DNA from: Armatimonadota bacterium
Lineage (GTDB): Bacteria; Armatimonadota; UBA10988
Assembly: GCA_016235455.1 (NCBI GenBank)
Contig: JACRKZ010000019.1
Span: 1-32,068 of the forward strand
Length of the DNA stretch: 32,068 bases
Direction: 5' to 3'
Numbering within the stretch: position 1 is the first letter of the stretch; each line of letters begins with the position of its first letter. The notes beneath the pieces were generated by a model, which made no database searches, had not been told where the DNA came from, and was given only the letters and a program-made list of their open reading frames with translations. Below, piece after piece: positions 17,823 to 28,667 of this stretch. Position numbers and translations under genes: made by a program.

Positions 17823-18566
17823 ATGAGTCTCAGCTATGAGGCCCCCGATTGGGCCAGCTATCGTATCGACTACAAGCAGGCCTATGTCGGCGTGGAGCCG
17901 CTGGAGCAGGAGATCGCCGTCGTCGACGCCGGGCTGGCTGCCTTGCTCGAGGCCGGCATCATCGACCATACGGCCTATGACGGCGACAAGCTGCTCGCGC
18001 ACCGGCAGTTCGTGGTTGACCATTTCGAGATTCCCTGGACGGCCATCACCCCGCGCATGCAGCGCCTCATCTATGCGCTCAACGCCATCACCCGGCCGGC
18101 CAACATGATCGCCGCGGGTGTGTTCTGCGGCAACACCTTCATCTCCAACGCCGGCGCCGGCGTCGGGCCAGGCAAGTGCTACGACGCCGAGGCGCTGGTC
18201 GGCCTGGAGATCAAGCCCGAGGAGGCCGAGCGCGCCGAACGCAATGTGCGCCGCATCGACCCCACCGGCATCGCCCGGGTCGTCGCCGCCGACGCCATCG
18301 CGTATGTGCGTGACTGGCCGACGGGCATCGACCTGCTCTACCTGGATGCCGACGGCACACCCGAGCAGGGCAAGGGCGTCTACCTGACCATCCTGGAAGC
18401 CGCATTGGACAAGCTGACGCCGGGCGCGCTGGTGTTGGCCCACAACTCCATCAACTGCGCCCCGCGACTGGGCCAGTATCTGGCCTACGTCCGCGATTCC
18501 GCCAACATGAAGGCCAGCATGAACATGATGGTCGATGGCGAGGGCCTCGAAGTCTCACGGTTCTAG
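17823..18566 (+). CDS. Class I SAM-dependent (O-)methyltransferase
   Basis: AAGVFCGNT (motif I variant), GLEIKPE (motif II), ADA, IDLLYLDAD, LTPGALVLAHN. Confidence 0.75.
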   Translation: MSLSYEAPDWASYRIDYKQAYVGVEPLEQEIAVVDAGLAALLEAGIIDHTAYDGDKLLAHRQFVVDHFEIPWTAITPRMQRLIYALNAITRPANMIAAGVFCGNTFISNAGAGVGPGKCYDAEALVGLEIKPEEAERAERNVRRIDPTGIARVVAADAIAYVRDWPTGIDLLYLDADGTPEQGKGVYLTILEAALDKLTPGALVLAHNSINCAPRLGQYLAYVRDSANMKASMNMMVDGEGLEVSRF

Positions 18567-18569
18567 CAC

Positions 18570-18609
18570 GACGGTGGGGGCTGGCGCCTGGCCAGCCCCC
18601 GCCACCGTC
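18570..18609. terminator. GC-rich hairpin between convergent genes
   Basis: GGGGGCTGGC/GCCAGCCCCC 10-bp stem extended by GACGGT/ACCGTC. No U-tract. Confidence 0.55.
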
Positions 18610-18613
18610 TGCC

Positions 18614-20002
<1,389 letters not shown>

Positions 20003-20016
20003 CCTCTCCGCGGGGC

Positions 20017-20044
20017 ATTGTAGTCCATGCAAGGTTGAACTCAA
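20017..20044 (-). promoter_or_regulatory. Putative sigma70 promoter TTGAGT-N16-TACAAT for the GH140 gene
   Basis: Minus-strand reading. The -35 overlaps a small palindrome, GTTGAACTCAAC. Confidence 0.4.
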
Positions 20045-20114
20045 CGACTTCGCCGAGGCGCGGGAGGAGCCCGAATCGAGGGTGTCGAATGGCGACTCTA
20101 TCGGGGAATGACGG

Positions 20115-22571
20115 ATGTTCCTAGGATGGACGCTCTCGCTCGCACTGGCCGCGCCAGCCACCACCACCGCCTGGCAGAAGACCGCGGAGTCCTGGGCCGC
20201 CGCGCACCTGGGCGGCGAGGCCGGCCTGACCGTCGACGCGCCCGGCCTGACCGTGCTCGCCAACAACGATCCGGTGCAGCGCAACTCGCGCAACGGCCGC
20301 CCCATGCGCCTGGGTGATCGCGAGTTCCGGCGAGGGCTCTACTGCCATGCGGTCAGCCGCGTGGTGGTCCGCCTGCCGGGGCCCGGCACGCGGCTGACGG
20401 CCCTGACCGGCATCGACAGCAACGACAACACCCGCGGCGGACGCGGCAGCGTCGTCTTCTTGGTGGCGGCCGGCGGCAGGGACCTCTATCGCGGCGACCT
20501 GCTGCGCGAAGGTGTGGCGCCCGTGGCCATCGATGTCGACCTGGCCGGTGCGCGCGAGTTCGAGTTGCTGGTCGGCGACGGCGGCGACGGCATCTCCTGC
20601 GACCAGGCCGACTGGGCCGACGCGCGGGTGCTGTTGGCCGACGGCGGCGAGGTTTGGCTGGGCGACCTGCCCATCGGCCTCGACGCACGTGCCGATCTGG
20701 CGCCCACGCCGCCGCTCAGCTTCACGCTCGACGGCCAGCCGTCCGCGGCTTTGCTGGCGGAGTGGCCGTGTGAGCGCAAGCGTGAGACTGTTGGCGTCGC
20801 GACCACCTACAGCGCCGTCTGGCGCCAGCCGGGTGGGCCGCTCGCGGTCAAGCTCGAGGGCCGGGCCTTCCACGACTGTCCCGTGGTGGAGTGGACCGCC
20901 TGGCTGAGCAATGACGGCCAGGAGCGGTCCGGGCTGGTCACCGACCTGCGCGCGGTGGACACCGGGTTCGCCGGTAGCGGTGGGGTGGGGTGGGCGCTCT
21001 GTCACAACACCGGCAGCATCTGCGAGCAACGCGACTTCGAGCCGCTCCGCACGCCCCTTAGCACCAAGGCCGGCGCGCGTCTGGCCGCCGCCGGTGGACG
21101 CGGATCCGATGGCGAGTGGCCGTACTTCAACCTGCTCTCGGCCGGTGGACGGGGGCTCATCGTCGCCGTCGGTTGGCCCGGCCAATGGGCGGCTGACTTC
21201 GCCGTCGACGAAACGGGCCGGCTCAGTCTGCGCGCCGGGCAGGAGCAGACGCGCTTCCGCTTGGAGCCAGGTGAGACAGCGCGCACGCCAGCCATGGCGC
21301 TGCTCTGGCACGACGGCAACGAGGTCGCCTCGCAGAACCAGTGGCGGCGGTATATGAACGCCAATGTGGTGCCGCGTGTGGCCGAGGGCAAGCTGCCGCC
21401 ACCGCAACACGCCGCCTGCAGCTCGCACCAGTTCGGCGAGATGATCCACGCTGACGAGGCCAGCCAGATCACCTTCGTGGATGGCTACCTGGACCACGGC
21501 CTGAAGCTCGACTACTGGTGGATGGATGCCGGCTGGTATCCGCAGACCCACGGCTGGCCGGAGACCGGTACCTGGGAGGTTGACCGCAAGCGCTTCCCGC
21601 GCGGCTTCCGGCCGATCACCGACCACGGACGCGAGCGTGGCGTGCGCAGCATCGTGTGGTTCGAGCCCGAACGCGTGGCGCCTGGCACGTGGCTGTACAC
21701 ACAGCACCCCGAGTGGCTGCTCGGCCCCGACGGCGGCGAGAAGCTGCTCAACCTGGGCAACTCCGCGGCGCGAGCCTGGCTGACCGACCATGTGGATGGC
21801 TTGCTCAGGTCGGAAGGCATCGACTTCTACCGGCAGGACTTCAACACCGACCCGCTGGGCCGCTGGCGTGCCGCCGACGGGCCGGACCGACAGGGCCTGA
21901 CCGAGAATCTCTACATCCAGGGCTATCTGGGCTGGTGGGACGAACTGCGGCGCCGCCACCCAGGCATGCTGATCGACTCCTGTGCCAGCGGTGGTCGCCG
22001 CAACGACCTGGAGACGATGCGGCGCGCGGTGCCGCTGCTGCGCAGCGACTTCATCTTCGAGCCGGTTGGTCAGCAGTGCCACACGCTCGGCCTGGCGCCA
22101 TGGCTCCCCTACTACGGCAGTGGGTACATAAGCACCGACGCCTACGACGTACGCAGCACCTTCTGCCCGGCGATCAACACCTGTTGGGATGTTCGTGGCA
22201 ACGATGAGGCGCGCTTCGCCGCCATGCGCGCGCGCACGGCGGAGTGGCGGGGCTTGAGCGATCTGTGGTCCGGCGACTTCTACCCGTTGCTGCCATACTC
22301 GCGCGGGAACGACGTGTGGGCCGCCTGGCAGTGGCACCGGCCCGAGCTCGACCGCGGCGCGCTGCAGGTCTTCCGGCGTGCGGGCAGCCCGTACGAGACC
22401 GTCCGCCTGCGATTGCAGGGCCTCGATGCCACGAAGCGCTACGTGCTGCGCGACGTGGACCAGGGCGAGCTCGGCACGCGCACCGGCGCCGAACTGGCCG
22501 AGCCCGGGCTGGCCGTCACCCTTGATCGGCCCGCGCAAGCCGCGATCATCCACTATGAAGCCGCCCGATAG
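20115..22571 (+). CDS. Alpha-galactosidase (GH36-like) with N-terminal NPCBM/NEW2 domain
   Basis: NPCBM: [34 protein letters not shown]36: [38 protein letters not shown]. Confidence 0.9.
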   Translation: MFLGWTLSLALAAPATTTAWQKTAESWAAAHLGGEAGLTVDAPGLTVLANNDPVQRNSRNGRPMRLGDREFRRGLYCHAVSRVVVRLPGPGTRLTALTGIDSNDNTRGGRGSVVFLVAAGGRDLYRGDLLREGVAPVAIDVDLAGAREFELLVGDGGDGISCDQADWADARVLLADGGEVWLGDLPIGLDARADLAPTPPLSFTLDGQPSAALLAEWPCERKRETVGVATTYSAVWRQPGGPLAVKLEGRAFHDCPVVEWTAWLSNDGQERSGLVTDLRAVDTGFAGSGGVGWALCHNTGSICEQRDFEPLRTPLSTKAGARLAAAGGRGSDGEWPYFNLLSAGGRGLIVAVGWPGQWAADFAVDETGRLSLRAGQEQTRFRLEPGETARTPAMALLWHDGNEVASQNQWRRYMNANVVPRVAEGKLPPPQHAACSSHQFGEMIHADEASQITFVDGYLDHGLKLDYWWMDAGWYPQTHGWPETGTWEVDRKRFPRGFRPITDHGRERGVRSIVWFEPERVAPGTWLYTQHPEWLLGPDGGEKLLNLGNSAARAWLTDHVDGLLRSEGIDFYRQDFNTDPLGRWRAADGPDRQGLTENLYIQGYLGWWDELRRRHPGMLIDSCASGGRRNDLETMRRAVPLLRSDFIFEPVGQQCHTLGLAPWLPYYGSGYISTDAYDVRSTFCPAINTCWDVRGNDEARFAAMRARTAEWRGLSDLWSGDFYPLLPYSRGNDVWAAWQWHRPELDRGALQVFRRAGSPYETVRLRLQGLDATKRYVLRDVDQGELGTRTGAELAEPGLAVTLDRPAQAAIIHYEAAR

Positions 22572-22589
22572 ACCGGGCGGCTTCATAGT
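22552..22589. terminator. Perfect 16-bp hairpin overlapping the GH36 3' end (probable bidirectional terminator)
   Basis: ACTATGAAGCCGCCCG-ATAGAC-CGGGCGGCTTCATAGT. The stop codon lies in the loop, and the flanking genes are convergent. Confidence 0.7.
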
Positions 22590-22629
22590 ATACATAACGC
22601 CCCTGAGCACAGATCGGCTCGGGTAGGGG

Positions 22630-23850
22630 CTACTTGGCCGCGAGCGCCGCCTCGACGGCCTTGGGCAGCGCCTCGCCGCGCGGGCTGCTGGCCAGGATCT
22701 TGCCCGTCCCGCCTTCCACCAGGAACATCGCCGGGATGCCCTCGATGCCGTACAGCGTGCCGATCTCGGTGCTCCAGTACTTGCCGTCGTAGACCTGTTC
22801 CCAGGTCATCTTGTGCTGCGGCAGGAACTCGTTCTTGAGCTTGTCGGCCATGTTTTCACGGTCGAAGGAGACGCCGAGGATCTCGAAGCCCTTGGCGTGG
22901 AACTTCTCGTACGTGGCGACCACATTCGGCAGCTCGGCCATGCACGGACCGCACCAGGTGGCCCAGAAGTCCAGCAGCACGGTCTTGCCTTTGTAGTCGT
23001 CGGGGAACTTGATCTTGGTGCCGTTGAGCGTCGTGACGCTGAAGCCCGGCACGGTCTTGCCCACCGACAGGTCCGGCGGAGGCTTGATCTCGGCCACGGC
23101 GGTGGCGGCCTTGCCCACGGTGATGGCGCCACCGGCGGCGAGATCGGTGATCTCGTAGGTGGTGCCGTCCAGGTTGAAGGGCGAGCCGGCGTCGAAGCTC
23201 TCGCTGCGCCCGGTCAGCCGGCCGTCGCCGTTGCGGTCGATGTACAGCGCCAGGCTGCCCTTGGGCTGCGGCTTGCTGTAGTTGAACGACAGCGACCGGT
23301 CGACTACCCAGACGGTGTACTCCTTGTCGCCGAGCTTCAGCTTGCCGGTCAGGCCGCTCTCGCCGTAGAGGATGACCCAGGTGTCGGCATCCTTGAAGCG
23401 GTCGCCGTTGGCGAACTGGTACGAGCCGAACTTGGCTGTGACCACCTTGCCGCCCAGCTTGGGCGAGATGGTGAACGAGCCCGAACCCGCCATGCCGCCG
23501 CCGGCCTTGGCCGGCTTGTAGGTCTCCGCCTGGGTCAGCACGCCGTCGCCCTTGACGTCGACCCACAGCCGCGCGCCCTCGGTCGGATAGTCGTAGACCA
23601 GCGTGAAGACCTGCTTCTCAGCGCCATCGCCGACGGTGATCGCCGCGAAGCGCGGCTTGACCAGCCCGTCAGGCAGCGTCTTGAGTGCGTCGGGCTTGGT
23701 CTCCGACAGCGGGGTCCGCTTGGGCATGTAGCCGCCGACGAACCGGGTCAGGCCCTCGCCGTTGAACTCGAGCGTGCCTGTCTGCCCGCTCGCCGCGCCG
23801 ACGACGAGCAACGCCGTCGTGACGCACCACACAACACGTAGTGATCGCAT
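22630..23850 (-). CDS. TlpA-family thiol-disulfide redoxin with a large secreted N-terminal domain
   Basis: YKGKTVLLDFWATWCGPC, GFEILGVSFD, YGIEGIP. Signal peptide from MRSLRV. DRNGDG motif in the N-terminal domain. Confidence 0.9.
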   Translation of the reverse strand: MRSLRVVWCVTTALLVVGAASGQTGTLEFNGEGLTRFVGGYMPKRTPLSETKPDALKTLPDGLVKPRFAAITVGDGAEKQVFTLVYDYPTEGARLWVDVKGDGVLTQAETYKPAKAGGGMAGSGSFTISPKLGGKVVTAKFGSYQFANGDRFKDADTWVILYGESGLTGKLKLGDKEYTVWVVDRSLSFNYSKPQPKGSLALYIDRNGDGRLTGRSESFDAGSPFNLDGTTYEITDLAAGGAITVGKAATAVAEIKPPPDLSVGKTVPGFSVTTLNGTKIKFPDDYKGKTVLLDFWATWCGPCMAELPNVVATYEKFHAKGFEILGVSFDRENMADKLKNEFLPQHKMTWEQVYDGKYWSTEIGTLYGIEGIPAMFLVEGGTGKILASSPRGEALPKAVEAALAAK

Positions 23851-23902
23851 CGTCCGCACCTCGCCACCTATCTTGACACACGCACGGCGCTGACGCAACT
23901 CA

Positions 23903-23926
23903 TACCCCCTGTGTACATAGGGGATA
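23903..23926. promoter_or_regulatory. Operator-like palindrome 3 (TACCCCCTGTGTACATAGGGGATA)
   Basis: 24-bp imperfect dyad with the same GTGTACAT core, in an AT-rich divergent intergenic region. Confidence 0.5.
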
Positions 23927-24040
23927 GTAGGCTTTAAAGGTACATAACCCCGATTATGAGGGTTGTGTAGCACGTGATGGGCGAGAGGAGGCGCCGCGCG
24001 CGCCGCGAACCATTCACCGTTTCCTGTCTGGAGAGCGACC

Positions 24041-26955
24041 ATGGTCCCGTCGCGCGCCATGCGCGGTCTGCTGGTTGCCCTGGCGATGCTCGCTTCGGGC
24101 GGCGCGCGGGCCGGTGAGGGTGCCGACCTGGAGTTCGGCGGGCTCGGCGACGGCCAGGGCAAGTTCCGCGGCATCGCCGACCTGACCTTCGGGCCGGACG
24201 GCCTGTATGTGCTTGACTGGACCGCGGCGGTCGACGGCAACCAGGCCGGCAACGGTCTCGTCCAGGTCTTCGACCGCGCCTTGCCGTCGACAGCACCGGT
24301 CAGGTCTGGGTCACGCTACGGCGAGCTGGTCAGGTCGCCGTGCTCGCGCCCGACGGCGCCCAGCGCGCCATCCTCGCCGTGCCCGATGCCTGCGCGGTCA
24401 CCGTGGCGCGTCTGGGCGCCGCTGAGCGAATAATCGTCGCCGCTCGCCCCGAGCGGCAGCCGGTGGCGTCTCTGGCCGTCTTCACCGTCGACCGTCAGCC
24501 AGCGCCGGCGCTGGCCCTCGCCTCTCCGCTCACCGGCTTCGTGGCCCTGACGACAGGGCCTGATGGCGATCTGTATGCCGCTGCCGATTTTGCTCAAGTT
24601 TACCGACTGGGCACGACGGGTGCGGTGAAGCAGGTGCTTGGCGCTGGGCAGTCCACGCGCAACCAGGACGGCAGCGAGTTGCTGCACAGCGTGGCGGTGG
24701 ATGCGACGGGCGCGGTCTACGCCATGACTTGGGGCAATCCTGGCATGGTCGTACGCTTCGACGCCGATGGGCACACGGTGTCACGGCGCGAGGGCCAGTT
24801 TGCCTGGGCCGATGCCTGGAGCATCCACAGCGCCTACGTGCCGCTGGCGCTGGACCCAGACGGGCGTTTGTGGTTGGGCGTCTCCGGCCAGCGCGCCGAA
24901 GGCACAAAGGACCGGCACTACCGCCCTTGCGTGCTGCGCACGCAGGCAGACTTCCTCAGGCCCGGCGCAAAGGACGTGCTGGTCAGCAGCACCACGGGTT
25001 TGGGGCTGGTGCCCAAGCTGAGCACCAGCCTACCCTACGACATCGCCTACGACCTCTCGCCTATCGTCTTCGACCTGCGCATCGCGCCGGCCAGGCGCCG
25101 CGTCACCAGCGTGCAAGTCGCCTGGCGGGTGCAAGACACCTTCGGCCAGCGTCTGGCCGAGGGCAAGCTCGACCTGCCATTGACGGACGGCGCCGAGGCG
25201 CTGCGCACGCTAACGTTCAGGCCGCCGCGCCTGGGCTGGTACACGCTGAGCGCCGATCTGAGCAGCGCCGGCGAGAAGTTGATGGCCATCGGCCACCACA
25301 TCGGCGTGACGCGCGAGACGCCAGCCATGCCGCGACTCGCCGCAGGCGACTCGCCCGGCGGCACCGTGGACGTACCGCGCTCGGTGTTCTCGGGTCTGCC
25401 GCTGGTGCGTGTCAACACCGGCATGGGGCTCGACGCGTTGGCCAAGCACGCCGAGACCGCCAGTCGCTACGGCGCGACGCTGCTGGTGCAGTTCGAGAAC
25501 AAGGACAACTGCGCGCCGGACAAGGTCCGCGCGGCCGTGGAGCGGCTGCGCGGCAAGGTGCGCTACTGGGAGGTGGTCAACGAGCCAAACTTCTCCATGA
25601 AGCCCGAGGACTACGTGGTCCTGCTCCGCGGCGCAGGCACTATCGTGCACGAACTGGACCCCGCGGCGCAGGTGCTCGGGCCCGCGGTGTGCGGCATGGA
25701 CCTCGGGTGGTACCGCCAGTTCCTCGAGCTCGGCGGCGGCAAGCTGGTCGACGCTGTGTCGATGCACGACTATGAGGGTCACGAGAGCATCGACCCGAAC
25801 CACTGGGTCTACAAGCTGGGCGAACTGCGCCGGCTGATGGCCGCCAATGGCTGTGCGGACAAGCCTATCTGGCAGACCGAACGCGCCCTCTGCGGCGTGC
25901 GCGGGGGCAACCTGCTCGGCTGTGCCCAAGCCATCCGCATGACGTTGCACCGGGACCTACTGGAGACGCTGTGCATACCCAGCGAGCACAACCTGCACTA
26001 CTACCTCAATGACCATGGTTTCTCCCAATGTCCGACCTGGATCTGGGCAGCGGCCGGCCCGCATCCGGCGGCCATGGCCCTGCGCAACCGTGCCCTGCTG
26101 GTCGGAGAACGCCACTACGCGGGGGCGCTGTCGTTTGGCGCGTTCGGCGACCGGCTGTTCATGGGCACGCGCTATGGCGCGGACGGCGACCAGGTGGTCG
26201 TGCTGCGCAACCTGGGCTGCGCCGACACACCGCTGACGTTTGCCGTTGGGGGCACCGGTCCGCTGGCCGTGGTCGATGCGTTCGGCAATGAGCAGTCGAT
26301 GACGGCTCGCGCGGGCCAAGTGGACCTGACTCTGGGGCAACTGCCCTGCTATGTGCGCCTGCCCAAGGGGCGCACGCTGACGCCGCCGACGCTGGCGGAT
26401 CGTCCCAACCTGGCTGTTGGCGCCACCTGGAACTACAGCGCCGAGCACAACAAGGGCTTCGACCGGCTGACCAACGGCGTCTACGAGACAATCCACGCCG
26501 GCAACCCCAACGGCTCGACCGACAAGCCGCCCATCTTCGACGGCGCGCTGCCCAGCCTGCCGCAGACGCTGTCCATGAAGCTGGCGGCGCCGGGCGTCGT
26601 GGACAGCGTGGTGCTGTGGTCATTGCGGGCTGACAACGCGTTCTCGGCGCTCCTGGACTTCGACCTGGAGGTGCTCGACGGCACCACCTGGCGCGCCGTG
26701 GCCAAGGTGCGCACACCGTGTCCGCCGACCGAGTTGGTCCAGACGCCGCTGTGTAGCGCGAACACCTGGTACGGTGACCAGAACGTCCACTGGTGCCGGT
26801 TCACGCCGGTCAAGACGAGCGAGATGCGCGTGGTCGTCCGGCGCACCACGCACGGCTTCGTGCCCGACGGCAACTCGTCGGCCTGGGGCAACCAGATCCC
26901 GCCACGGCTGATGCTCAAGGAAGTCCAGGTGCTCGGGCCGGCAGCGAGGAGATAG
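24041..26955 (+). pseudogene. Frameshifted secreted NHL-repeat + clan GH-A (GH39/GH5-like) hydrolase + discoidin-like protein
   Basis: Frame 2 gives a signal peptide and an NHL blade (FGGLGDGQGKF..DLTFGPDGLYVLD..VQVFDR). Frame 1 continues at about 24280 as LAVDSTGQVWVT, then YWEVVNEPN, DAVSMHDY, KPIWQTE and a C-terminal F5/8-like region. Confidence 0.75.
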
Positions 26956-26957
26956 CC

Positions 26958-28658
26958 ATGCACCGTGTCTTGGAGGCGGCCGCGATCCTGGCCGGTGTGG
27001 GCCTCGCCTCGGGCGCCAACTTCACCGTGGGCGAAGGTCCCGCGGCGCTGTTCGGCACGCACGAGATCGTGCTGACGGCGGCCCAGGTGGCGCCCAACCC
27101 GTTTGCCGTGGAGGCCGAGGTCACCCTCGTGCCCCCCTCCGGCCCGGCTCAGGCCATCCGCGTCGACGCGTTCCACGATGGCGCCTCGACCTGGCGGGCC
27201 CGCGTCTACGTGACCGAGGTCGGTGTTTGGCGCTGGACATCGCGCTGCGCGGCCGATGCCGGCCTGGACGGCCGATCCGGCCGCTTCACGGCGGTCGGCT
27301 CGAAGCTCCACGGCATGTTGCGCCGACATCGCGCCAACCCGCGCGCCTGGATGACCGACGACGGCCAGTGGTTCCTCAACCTCAGCGACACGGCCTACCG
27401 GCTGATGCACAGCCAGGCGGCGCCTGACTGGCAGCAGTATGTGGTCGACGACGTGGCACTGGGCATTACCTGCCTGCGGTCCGCGGCGTTGGGCGGCTGG
27501 GGCGGCACACCTGGCGCCAAGACCGACAGCGGCGACTACTGGGCCTGGAACGATCCGTGGCCGGGCGGCGTGTCGCCGGATCACCAGCGCTTCGATCTGG
27601 GCAAGTTCCAGACCACGGACCAGCGGCTCACCTGGTTGTTGGACCGCTACCCGGACCTGCAGGTCCAGCTCATCTTGTTCGGGCTGAAGGGCTACGGCAA
27701 CGAGGGCACCGGCCAGTGGTGGGCGGCGCTGCCGGCCGACGTGCGTGAGCGCACCATGCGCTACATGCTGGCCCGCTGGGCGGCCTTCCCCAATGTGTTC
27801 TGGCTGATCGTCAACGACATGAGCTGCGACGCCGGCCACCCGCTCAACCAGGCCTTCGCGCGCGAGGTGGGCGCGTACTTCGCCGCCCACGACCCGTGGC
27901 ATCACCTGTTGTCGGCCGGGCCTGTACGGCGCGCGGGCTTCCCGTTCACCAGCCCCGCGGACCGGCAGTGGTGCAGCTACGTGCACATCGAGGACGCCAA
28001 CGCGGTCGGCGCCGATGCCATCGCCGAGCGCGGGCTGCGGGATGTGCCGCTGCATATCTGGATGGCCGAGGACTACTACGAGCAGGACCACGGCCACTAT
28101 GCCGACGCGCGCTACTTCTTCCGCTGGCTGCTGTGGTCGTGGCTGCTGTCGGGTGGCTCAGGCAACTACGGCGGGCGCTGGGGCACCACCCATCCCTACT
28201 CCCAGACCGGTCGGCCAGACCTGGTGTGGGTCGGCTGGGAGGGCACCTACACGGGCCTGCAGCTCACGGGGCTCGATTCGGTGCCGTACATCCGGGCCTA
28301 CTTCGCCGACCGCGCGATCGATCTGGGCCTGTTCGTGCCCGATGACCAGCTGGCCGCCGACCTGGACGGCCGGGCAGGCAAGCACCGCCCCAAGGTGATG
28401 CGACGGGCGAACGCCGAGTACGTGGTCTATCACCCAAATGCGGCGGGCGATGGGCGCGAGGCCCGGGTCGATGCCAAGCCGGCGCGACTGAGTCTCGACT
28501 TGAAGGCGTCGCCTGGCCGGTTCGCGGTGGAGTGGTATCGCGCCCTGGACGGCCGGGCGCAGGTTGGCGATGCTGTGACAGGCGGCGCGATGCGCGAGTT
28601 CACCGCGCCGTGGCCCGGCCAGGATGTGGTGCTGCGCCTGCTGCGTGGCGGCGACTGA
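26958..28658 (+). CDS. DUF5060/DUF4038 apiosidase-like protein with C-terminal putative collagen-binding domain
   Basis: NPF, AFHDGASTWRAR, G.WRW, DTAY, ARWAAFPNVFW, HDPWHHL, EDYYE, VEWY...FTAPWPGQDVVL. AGGAG RBS, 2 nt after the upstream stop. Confidence 0.8.
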   Translation: MHRVLEAAAILAGVGLASGANFTVGEGPAALFGTHEIVLTAAQVAPNPFAVEAEVTLVPPSGPAQAIRVDAFHDGASTWRARVYVTEVGVWRWTSRCAADAGLDGRSGRFTAVGSKLHGMLRRHRANPRAWMTDDGQWFLNLSDTAYRLMHSQAAPDWQQYVVDDVALGITCLRSAALGGWGGTPGAKTDSGDYWAWNDPWPGGVSPDHQRFDLGKFQTTDQRLTWLLDRYPDLQVQLILFGLKGYGNEGTGQWWAALPADVRERTMRYMLARWAAFPNVFWLIVNDMSCDAGHPLNQAFAREVGAYFAAHDPWHHLLSAGPVRRAGFPFTSPADRQWCSYVHIEDANAVGADAIAERGLRDVPLHIWMAEDYYEQDHGHYADARYFFRWLLWSWLLSGGSGNYGGRWGTTHPYSQTGRPDLVWVGWEGTYTGLQLTGLDSVPYIRAYFADRAIDLGLFVPDDQLAADLDGRAGKHRPKVMRRANAEYVVYHPNAAGDGREARVDAKPARLSLDLKASPGRFAVEWYRALDGRAQVGDAVTGGAMREFTAPWPGQDVVLRLLRGGD

Positions 28659-28667
28659 CCGACGCGC

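Noticed and set aside
20121-22610. 829-aa antisense ORF (likewise 3082-4866, 2037-3470, 11161-12669, 26481-28097)
   Set aside because: Stop-poor shadow frames of high-GC genes, with no recognisable motifs or RBS.
22591-23952. TACATAAC direct repeats flanking the TlpA gene as insertion boundaries
   Set aside because: Only 8 bp, with no mobility gene. Chance cannot be excluded.
24260-24300. Programmed ribosomal frameshift or phase-variable tract
   Set aside because: No slippery heptamer, homopolymer or short tandem repeat, and sequence appears to be missing.
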